NCBI RefSeq assembly: GCF_001194135.2
Contig: NC_068997.1
Location: 20,261,556-20,306,118, forward strand
DNA: 44,563 bases
Direction: 5' to 3'
From: Octopus bimaculoides
Taxonomy: Eukaryota
Shown: one piece after another, positions 36,012 through 44,563 of the stretch
Layout of the letters: every line of letters starts with the position of its first letter
Numbering within the stretch: the stretch's first letter is position 1
Program-made: the position numbers and the translations under genes
The notes under the pieces: generated by a model
Seen by the model: only the letters and a program-made list of their open reading frames with translations
What the model was told of the DNA's origin: nothing
The model's database searches: none

Positions 36012-36240
36012 TATGTAATTATATACGTACATATATAGGTATTTATGTATGTAATTATATACGTACATATATAGGTATTTATGTATGTAATTATATACGT
36101 ACATATATAGGTATTTATGCATGTAATTATATATGTACATATATAGGTATTTATGTATGTAATTATATACGTATGTATATAGGTATTTAAGTATGTAATT
36201 ATATTCGTACATATATAGGTATCTATGTATGTAATTATGT
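36012..36240. repeat. 36-bp minisatellite, about 6 copies (GTAATTATATACGTACATATATAGGTATTTATGTAT)
   Basis: Read directly. Confidence 0.92.
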
Positions 36241-36369
36241 ATGTACATATGTATGTTTATGCACGTATGTATTTTTGTATATATGTACATACAAATTTAT
36301 GTATCTATGTACATATGTACGTTTATGTATGTATGTATGTATGTATGTATGTATGTATGTACATACATA

Positions 36370-37220
36370 CTTGGTCTGATCAATAAGTATCCAGTGTGAA
36401 GCTGCTTGGCACAGATTAACCTTGAACTCTGCTATGCATGCACACTAAGTTTTAATGTTCTAGCTCACTTCTGCTGTTTACAGCAGTGATTGGAAGGAAG
36501 GTGTGTAGCATGTGATCATTGCATTGACCATGACAAAGAAAGTTGAGCAGAGAATCTACATCAAATTTTGCCAAAAGCTTAGTGATACCTGCTCAGAGGC
36601 CTAGGCAAACAGTTTTCATCAATCTCGATACAATCAGAGACCTTGTGCAACTGAAACCCGAGTGTTTTTTGGTCAGCTGAAAGCAGCTTTGGTACCAACT
36701 TGGCAGACACATGTCTCATATTCAAATCTTCAGTGATAATGGACTGAACTGAACCATAACTAATCTGCACATCCTCTGATAACTTGCAGATGGTGATTTG
36801 ATGATTTCTCCTCACAGTTGTTTGCACGTCTGCAATGTTTTTTCTCAGTTCTGCTGGTTACGGGGGTCTCCCAGGATGCTTGTCAATATCAACATTTTTC
36901 AGCCATCTTGGAAATGTCTGAACCACTGGTACACTTGAGTGAAGCTCATACACTCCCCTCCATATATTTTCTGCAACTTTGTGTAGGCCTCTGAGCAGGT
37001 ATCACCATGACAACTTTCTCTGTTCTGGTCGATGCGACAATTACACGCTACACACCTTCCTTCTAGGCACTGCTGTAAACAGCACAAGTGAGCTAGACTG
37101 TTAAAACTTAATGCACGTGCACAACAGAGATCAAGGTCAATCTTTGCTAAGCAGCTTTGCTGTGTGCGCTTTAACTTCGTTACTATAGCAATAGTCCTGA
37201 TATTTATTGATCAGACCTCG
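36370..37220 (-). mobile_element. Mariner (Tc1/mariner) derivative with two inverted 5' ends and a truncated transposase N-terminus
   Basis: Termini (C)TTGGTCTGATCAATAAGTATC / GATATTTATTGATCAGACCTCG; minus strand GDTCSEAYTKLQKIYG..VYQWFRHFQDG and ITICKLSEDVQISYGSVQSIITEDLNMRHVSAKLVPKLL (HTH plus WVPHEL-like motif). Confidence 0.9.
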
Positions 37221-37334
37221 TTTTTATTTATGTATGTATGTACGTATGTATTAATGTATGTACATTCATATGTATTTATGTGTGTAAGTTGATATACATG
37301 TATGTACATTAGTGTGTGTGTGTGTGTGTGTGTG

Positions 37335-37500
37335 TGTGCCCCCACCATTGTTCGACAGTTAGTGTTGGTTTGTTTCATCATTGTAGGTTAGTAGTTCAGC
37401 TAAAGAGACTGACAGAATAAGTACTGTACTTAAAAGAATAAAAGGGACTGGGATTGATTTTTTTTCAACTATCCCTTCAAAAATGGTGATTGAAACGAGT
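37335..37500 (+). mobile_element. SINE family A, 3' half
   Basis: AAAGAGACTGACAGAATAAGTACT..AAAGAATAAAAGGGACTGGG. Confidence 0.7.
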
Positions 37501-38259
37501 AACAGATAAAGAAAGATTTTATCAGCCACTCCCAAGCACAACAATGGAATCCTTCAAACCCATGAATGATGTCATGCTCATTATTCATAAAGATGGACCC
37601 AGCAATGATAATGAACGCTAAAGTGTGGAACAAATGTCTTCTACTATACAAGCAAACAGCTGGTCTGAGATTGAAGTTTGAAATTTAATAGTGATTGATG
37701 GAAGTTTAGTTTTTCATTCCATTCTCTGGTAAATCTGAAGGAAGCACAAGGTCAAATTTTAGTGAGCTTTGTTGCTGTTGTTGTGGCTAAGGAAAATAGT
37801 TAATCTACACATATATATACATGTGTGACAACTGACATGCATGAATGTATGTCCGTGTGTGTCTCTCTTACTATATGTATGTGACTGCATGTGAGAGTGT
37901 ATGTGTGTGTATCATCACACTTTGTATATGAATGTGTATGTGTCTGTGAGTGTGTGGGTGTTTGTGCATTCGTTATGTACATTATTAAACACACACATCT
38001 GCACATGCATATACATATGTGACAAGAATGTGACAAAAAACAATTAGGTGGCACGTCCAAGGTATATGAAAATACCCATCTACCATTCAGTTACAATTTC
38101 ATAATTATTGCAGCAGTTGCAAAGTTGCAACATACTTACAATTTGCTTATATTGGTTAATTTACATTGCAAACAAAATATAGACATACTACATACATACA
38201 ACTGCTTACAAAAATAGAGATTAATACATATTTTTATGTTCATAATATTGAAAAAAAAT

Positions 38260-38790
38260 ATGCCACCAAAGAAAAAACATATTCACTCCAGAAACACCTA
38301 TCAAGCAAGGAGGAGTGCAGAAAGCCGAAAGCAAGAGTCTCAAGAGATAAGAGACATGAGACTTTCTCAAGATCAACAAAGGCATGCTGCAGCATGACAA
38401 ATAGAGTCTCAAAAGAGAAGGTAGATGAGACTTTTTTAAGATCAGCAAAGGCATGTTGCAGCATGTCTGATGGAGTCTGAAGAGAGAAGAGAGATAAGAC
38501 CTTCCCAAGATCAGCAAAGGCGTGCTGCAATACTTAATACTGAATCATTAAATCAATGGTTAGCACGCCAGATTACACAGAGGTCCAATACAGTAGCACT
38601 CAGAAACAGACCATGTACAAATTCGTTCTTCACAACTCCTGGAGCTGCCTTCAGATATGATCCATCCCATTCTTATAAAAATGACAATTCTATTCAAATT
38701 GGTGTGCTAAACTCAAATTGTCATTTTTGCAAAGCTTTAAAATTTACATCAAAAATGTTTTGTTGTTATTGTTGCACTTTCCCATATCAC
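38260..38790 (+). mobile_element. Helitron Rep/helicase N-terminal fragment with ~66-nt tandem coding repeats, frameshifted
   Basis: Starts ATGCCACCAAAG; repeats ES(Q/E)..RL(S)QDQQRHAA; then AAFRYDP..Y....IQIG.L...CHFCKALKF, the typical Helitron N-terminal Cys motif. Confidence 0.78.
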
Positions 38791-38849
38791 CTGTCTCTAC
38801 ATAACTGTAATATATATAGTTGGAATTTACAAAAAAACAAAAGACGATG

Positions 38850-38995
38850 ACAGGTGTGTAAACAACAAACGGGTGTATTAGTTTAACACTCGGGAAGGTG
38901 AGAAAGTCATTTATGTTTCGAGCCTTCGCTCTTCAACAGAAAGGAACACAAGAAAATAAACAGAGAGAGAATGTATATATATATATATATATGTA
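38850..38995 (-). mobile_element. Penelope-like terminal repeat fragment with a degenerate hammerhead core (38944-38906)
   Basis: Minus strand CCTTT-CTGTTGA-A-GAGC(GAAG)GCTC-GAAA-CAT-A-AATG. Confidence 0.5.
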
Positions 38996-39471
38996 TATNN
39001 NNNNNNNNNNNNNNNNNNNNNNNNNNNNNNNNNNNNNNNNNNNNNNNNNNNNNNNNNNNNNNNNNNNNNNNNNNNNNNNNNNNNNNNNNNNNNNNNNNNN
39101 NNNNNNNNNNNNNNNNNNNNNNNNNNNNNNNNNNNNNNNNNNNNNNNNNNNNNNNNNNNNNNNNNNNNNNNNNNNNNNNNNNNNNNNNNNNNNNNNNNNN
39201 NNNNNNNNNNNNNNNNNNNNNNNNNNNNNNNNNNNNNNNNNNNNNNNNNNNNNNNNNNNNNNNNNNNNNNNNNNNNNNNNNNNNNNNNNNNNNNNNNNNN
39301 NNNNNNNNNNNNNNNNNNNNNNNNNNNNNNNNNNNNNNNNNNNNNNNNNNNNNNNNNNNNNNNNNNNNNNNNNNNNNNNNNNNNNNNNNNNNNNNNNNNN
39401 NNNNNNNNNNNNNNNNNNNNNNNNNNNNNNNNNNNNNNNNNNNNNNNNNNNNNNNNNNNNNNNNNNNNNNN

Positions 39472-39506
<35 letters not shown>

Positions 39507-39593
39507 ATAGGAAGGACAACAAAAGAAAGAAAGAGACCTCGATATTATGTAAATAGAGGAATTTATCTGTGAAAATATGTGACACTTATTCGG

Positions 39594-39667
39594 TAGCCAT
39601 GATAAAACTCCGAGTTTCGGATGCTAGGGTGGGAACCCACGCCAACATCTCTTCAGTTATCTGGCCA
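39594..39667 (-). ncRNA. Type I hammerhead ribozyme fold (copy 1)
   Basis: TGGCCA-GATAA-CTGAAGA-GATGTTGG..CTAGCATC-C-GAAA-CT(CGG)AG-T-T-TTATC-A-TGGCTA; canonical core, stems I-III pair, GUU cleavage triplet. Confidence 0.72.
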
Positions 39668-39885
39668 ATTGAAAATTCCTGTGAAAAATGACCGTTAAAA
39701 CAAAGGGAAATTACTGTGTGGTGACCATTATTAAGAGAAAAGAGCTAATAGACTGCTAAGTAAGGGGAGGGAGTAAGGGAGTAGAGAAGTCTATAGGTTC
39801 ATGTAAGCGCACCAATCAGTACATTCGTCTATATTTATATACTAAAACTAACCTCGGTTTAAACACACACATGCTGAATTTTCAA

Positions 39886-39959
39886 TGGCCGGATAACTGA
39901 AGAGATGTTGGCATGGGCTCCCACCCCGGTATCCGAAACTCAGAGTTTTATCATGGCTA
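39886..39959 (+). ncRNA. Type I hammerhead ribozyme fold (copy 2)
   Basis: TGGCCG-GATAA-CTGAAGA-GATGTTGG..CCGGTATC-C-GAAA-CT(CAG)AG-T-T-TTATC-A-TGGCTA; stem II differences from copy 1 preserve pairing. Confidence 0.72.
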
Positions 39960-40474
39960 CTGAATAAGTGTCACATATTTTTACAGATATATATATATAT
40001 ATATATNNNNNNNNNNNNNNNNNNNNNNNNNNNNNNNNNNNNNNNNNNNNNNNNNNNNNNNNNNNNNNNNNNNNNNNNNNNNNNNNNNNNNNNNNNNNNN
40101 NNNNNNNNNNNNNNNNNNNNNNNNNNNNNNNNNNNNNNNNNNNNNNNNNNNNNNNNNNNNNNNNNNNNNNNNNNNNNNNNNNNNNNNNNNNNNNNNNNNN
40201 NNNNNNNNNNNNNNNNNNNNNNNNNNNNNNNNNNNNNNNNNNNNNNNNNNNNNNNNNNNNNNNNNNNNNNNNNNNNNNNNNNNNNNNNNNNNNNNNNNNN
40301 NNNNNNNNNNNNNNNNNNNNNNNNNNNNNNNNNNNNNNNNNNNNNNNNNNNNNNNNNNNNNNNNNNNNNNNNNNNNNNNNNNNATAATATATATATTATA
40401 TATATATAATATATATATTATATATATATAATATATATATATTTATAATATAATATATAGTATATATGTTATAT

Positions 40475-40510
<36 letters not shown>

Positions 40511-40599
40511 AATTATATTATATATTATATTTTTGATATATATAGATAAAGAGAGAGAGAGAGAGAAAGGAGAAAGAGAGAGAGATTATTGTGTGCATG

Positions 40600-40810
40600 T
40601 GTGTATGTGTGTGTGTCTTAGTGTCTGTGTTTGTCTCCCACAACCACTTGACAACTAGTGCTTGTGTGTTTACATCCCCATAATCTACAGCAAACAACAC
40701 CAATAGAATAAGCATCGGGCTTTAAAAAATATTAAGTTCTGGGCTTGACTCATTCGGCTAAAAATTCTCCAAGTATAGCTGCAGTCTAGTGAGTGAAACA
40801 AGTAAGATAT
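40600..40810 (+). mobile_element. SINE family A, 3' half
   Basis: GTGTTTGTCTCC..CTTGACAAC..GTGTTTACATCCCC..AGAATAAG..GAAACAAG. Confidence 0.7.
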
Positions 40811-41289
40811 TATATAAGGAAAAAAGATAAGAAAAATAAACAGAAAACAACATCAACAACAAACACATTTTGAAAGAATTGTCAAAACACCTTAGTCTAA
40901 GTACCAAAACATATTGACTGGTGCCATGATATGACTTCTGTCACCTATTAAGTACTTCAAAACTATGTTATGACTAAGAGGTGTGATAAGTAAAAGAAAA
41001 TAACTCAAATCAAAGGATAGGAAACTGAAATATCCTTATCGGTGCAAGTTGTGTTTTCTTATAACTCAAGTTGTTAACTCTGTTAATGGAATAAGGGACG
41101 TACTCATTATGCTGATGCTAATCCTAACGGGGAAAATTTATCGTTTTATTTATTTTTTTTTTCTTAGATATTTTGGTACCAATCTAACTGAATATTTCTG
41201 GTTTCTGAGGCAAATCTACCTGTTTTAAAGGGTTTATAGTTAAACTAAAAAAAAAAGTATCCCTCAATGTATGGAATATATATAATGGA

Positions 41290-41592
41290 CTTCCCCGTCA
41301 AAGATGACATATGAGAAATCAGCGTTTTTGCTGAAAGACCTGCACAAATGATTTGTTTATAGTGATCAAATATTTGTGTGGCACATTAGCTCACTCTCTC
41401 TCTCTCCACCAAACCAACATTGTGTGAACAGGTGCACCGTGTACCAGATATTGGGTGTTGAAATGAATGCAGAGCAACTCAAGATGGAATGCTAGGCTTA
41501 AAAATACAATGCATCACCCTAGTTCTATGAATAGAAACCACAATCACTAGATCATGAGTGCAACCCTAAGCACCTAACCACTAAGCCATGAA
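41290..41592 (-). mobile_element. SINE family F copy
   Basis: Shares TCAAAGATGA..ACAAATGATTTGTTTA..GATCAAATA..TTAGCTCA and the tRNA-like head with 12200-12462. Confidence 0.7.
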
Positions 41593-41597
41593 CCCTC

Positions 41598-41671
<74 letters not shown>

Positions 41672-41689
41672 CAACATAAACAAACCAAC

Positions 41690-42135
41690 AACAGCTGTTA
41701 AGCGGTGGAAGGTAGATGGCCCTGCTCAATCTGTAGAATAGGTGTAGGTAGAAACTCCATAAGATGTACTCAGTGTAAGCTTTGGACACATAAAAGATGC
41801 AGCAATATCAGAGGAAGGTTAACAGGGAATCTAGCTTTTGTGTGTGGAAGATGTACAGGTACAATAAACACTGAAAACGTGCAGAAAATAAACTCCATCA
41901 ACTGCCAGTGGGGGAAAGCTAGAGGTATTAGATAACTTTTGGTGTCTAGGTGGAGGTGGATGCTATGAGAATGTAGCTGTGAAAATAAGATTAAGTTGGG
42001 CAAACTTCAGAGAGCTCCTATCCCTGCTGGCAACAACAGGCCTCTCCCAGAGTGAAAGGCAGATAGTTTGATGCCTGTGTGAGAACAGCTATGCTACATG
42101 GCAGTGAAACATGGGTTTTGACAGGCGTAGAATTG
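41690..42135 (+). mobile_element. RTE-clade LINE ORF2 fragment (Cys-rich PHD-like motif plus post-RT region), degenerate
   Basis: EGRWPCSICRIGVGRNSIRCTQCKLWTHKRCS..FVCGRC; FRELLSLL..DACVRTAMLHGSETW; homologous to 18851-19300. Confidence 0.85.
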
Positions 42136-42164
42136 AGAGAAATGAAGCCAGTATGCTTCACTGG

Positions 42165-42345
42165 ATGGCTTGGCTGGGTGATTTTAAAATCACATGGTTT
42201 CATGTTCAGTCCCACTGCATGGCATTTTGGTTAAATGTCTCTACTGTAGCCCTGTGTTGACCAAAGCCTTCTGAGTGGATTTGGTAGATGGAAACTGAAA
42301 GAAAACTATCACGTATGTGTGTATGTGTATGTGTGTGTGTGTGTG
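42165..42345 (+). mobile_element. SINE family A, 5' half
   Basis: GTTCAGTCCCACTGCATGGC..GACCAAAGCC..GGATTTGGTAGATGGAAACTGAAAG. Confidence 0.8.
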
Positions 42346-42879
42346 TAATAGAGAGGAGTTTCTAGAGGTGAACTCCATATGACATTCTAACCAGAATTAA
42401 ATTCACCGTGAAGTTTCTTAAAAGGTCACTCAAAAGAATCCTTTGTTAAACTCACTATCAAATGCTATATATTGCAAGAAACTGTTTATTATTTCAATAA
42501 GTCTCTCTAAATGTGTGATTGTTTTCAAGTGCAAAATACAGATGTACAAACCACAATGGCGAGAGGTTTTCATTTTGATGACCTTGTTTGTAGTACAATG
42601 TATCGACAGACATTGGACCACAAACAACATAAGACAATCACATTTTCATAACTTGCTCACTTCCTTGAAGTATATTAATGTATAAAGTATGGATGAGTCA
42701 AGGAAGATTAATCTTACGATGAAAAATTTCCATAACACATTTGATTAAGCAGTACGTTTCAAGTGAACTACAGTTGCAAGATGGTCCATTCCTACACACA
42801 CAGCATTTTGGGCAATTGTCTTTTACTATAGCCCCAGGTTAATCAATGTATTGTGAGTTAATTTGATAGATTCAAGCAC

Positions 42880-43077
42880 TGGTGGTGGTGCCACGTAAAG
42901 AGCACCCAGTACTCTCTATAAAATGGTTGGTGTTAGGAAGGGCATCCAGCTGCAGAAACCAGGCTAGAACAGACTATGGAATCTGGTGTGGTTTTTGGCT
43001 TTGCCATCTCCTGTTAAGCCATCCAACCCATGCTAATCTGGAAAATAGATGTTTGATGATGATGGTGATGATATATT

Positions 43078-43080
<3 letters not shown>
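42880..43080 (+). mobile_element. Family B repeat
   Basis: GTGCCACGTAAAGAGCACCC..GGTGTTAGGAAGGGCATCCAGC..(GAT)n. Confidence 0.8.
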
Positions 43081-43109
<29 letters not shown>

Positions 43110-43394
43110 TATGCATGTTTCTTTGTGTTAGTGTTTGCACACACACACACACTGTTTGGCACCCTGGCATTTCAGCAAAAGGATCCAACCGAATAATCCC
43201 AGACTTTGAAACAAAAAAAAAAAAAAGAGTCCTGGGGTCAGTTTGTTCAAATAAACCCCTCAAGGCAGTGCCCCATAGTCTAATGACTGAAATAAATGAA
43301 ATGTATGAGATAGAATCATTTGCAATCTAGGGAGAACAATGGCGGAAGAACCAAGTATTAACAAAAGATATGTAACGTTACGTTGTAAGCATAA

Positions 43395-43620
43395 GTGTAT
43401 GAGGTGGTTAATAGTTTGCTTCCATAGCACAAGGTTTCAAGTTCAGTCCAACTACATGGCACATTGGACAGGTGTCTTATACTATAACCCCAGGCTGACT
43501 AAAGCCTTGTTAGAGAATTTGATAGACAGAAATTGAAAGAAGCCTGTCGTGTGTGTGTGTGTGCGTGTGTCTCTTAGTCTTGACATTAAGTGATAGTTGT
43601 AAAATGGTTGTCACTGTCTC
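43395..43620 (+). mobile_element. SINE family A copy, diverged
   Basis: GGTTCAGTCC..TATACTATAACCCCAGG..AAAGCCTTG..GAAATTGAAAGAAGCCTGTCG. Confidence 0.7.
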
Positions 43621-43659
43621 AGATACACTGTGTCATTCATTTCCAATATTCTGTGAGAA

Positions 43660-43815
43660 CATGCTTGGTCGTGAGGAAATATTAGCTTGCTTGGAAACAG
43701 GTGAAGGTTGGCAACAGCAAGGGCATCCTCCTGTAGAAAATCTGCCTTGATAAACTCTAAGCCATGCCTGCATGGAAAAGTGGATGCCAAAAGGGATGAT
43801 GATCATCATCATGAC
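43660..43815 (+). mobile_element. Family B-related 3' fragment
   Basis: AAGGGCATCC..CCATGCCTGCATGGAAAAGTGGATG..(GAT)n. Confidence 0.65.
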
Positions 43816-43944
43816 AAGGATGACCATGATCATGCTGTATTATGTCACTTTTAACATTTACAAAAAAAGAAATGCAACATATGTGTTGTGCGTAGGCCGT
43901 GATGTGTAATTAGATGGACAGCAGGAGGAATAGATTGATTTTTA

Positions 43945-44200
43945 TCTATACTATATATAAAACAGAGATGTGTGTGTAATCACTTTTCATGTGAAATTGA
44001 CTTCTCCAAATGCTTCCATACTTGTCATGCATGAATAATTTGACTTCGGATGAATGTTAGGCTCTTCATTTGATTTTTTTAATTAAAAATAAATAATATT
44101 GCTTTATATTTAAGATTCACTTCTTTAAAAAGGTTCCTCAATGTCAACTTCCGGTATTGACGTAACAACGGCAAAAAGCTTCACTCTCTATTTTGCGTGT
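43945..44200 (+). mobile_element. Possible non-autonomous Helitron 5' end
   Basis: A|TCTATACTATATATAAAAC start resembles Helitron 5' termini; no 3' end seen. Confidence 0.35.
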
Positions 44201-44269
44201 TCGTGTGTATGAGAGAGAGAGAGAGTAAATACTACATACACACCGCGCTCTCACTCTGTCTCACACACA

Positions 44270-44563
44270 TACACACGCACACACACACCCCTTCACTCAC
44301 TCACACTCTGTCTCTTACAAACACACGCATACATAAATGTATACAAACATATTTACAAAGACACACGAGTGTATGCGCGCGCGTGCGTGTTTGTAAGAGT
44401 GTGAGTGAGTCAAGGGCTGTGTTGTCATATGCATACATCCAAAGATGTGTGTATATTTATGCATGTACGTATACATGACAACAAACCTCTCTCTCTCACT
44501 CACACTTTGTCTCTTACAAACACACACATACATAGATGTATACAAACATATTTACAAAGACAC
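44270..44563. repeat. ~200-bp tandem duplication in a CA-rich tract
   Basis: CTCACTCACACT(C/T)TGTCTCTTACAAACACAC..TGTATACAAACATATTTACAAAGACAC at about 44296-44365 and 44495-44563. Confidence 0.85.

Noticed and set aside
35979-36290. ORF with YMYVYNYIHK repeats
   Set aside because: Translation of the 36-bp minisatellite

Overview
Eukaryotic, very AT-rich, repeat-dense genomic DNA with eight N-gaps. The repeat families look octopod/cephalopod-like (inference, not verified). One real gene is present: a minus-strand, intron-rich UTP--glucose-1-phosphate uridylyltransferase (UDP-glucose pyrophosphorylase, UGP2). I could assemble 12 coding exons by hand (24685 down to 1405; 1278 nt, 426 codons, open across every junction). 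The first coding exon was not located, and the last exons lie beyond position 1. The ORF track misses most of this gene, and nearly all its ORFs are microsatellite or TE noise. One intron (14592-13669) is a textbook minor-spliceosome U12 AT-AC intron. The rest is transposon-derived: several tRNA-derived SINE families, RTE, CR1 and R4-like LINE fragments, a Penelope-like RT/GIY-YIG fragment, a fold-back mariner, a MITE, Helitron pieces and many microsatellites. The most striking non-coding signal is a head-to-head inverted pair of complete type I hammerhead-ribozyme folds (39594-39667 minus, 39886-39959 plus), plus two variant hammerhead-like cores elsewhere. Ribozyme activity, splicing and family names were read by eye; nothing was run computationally.
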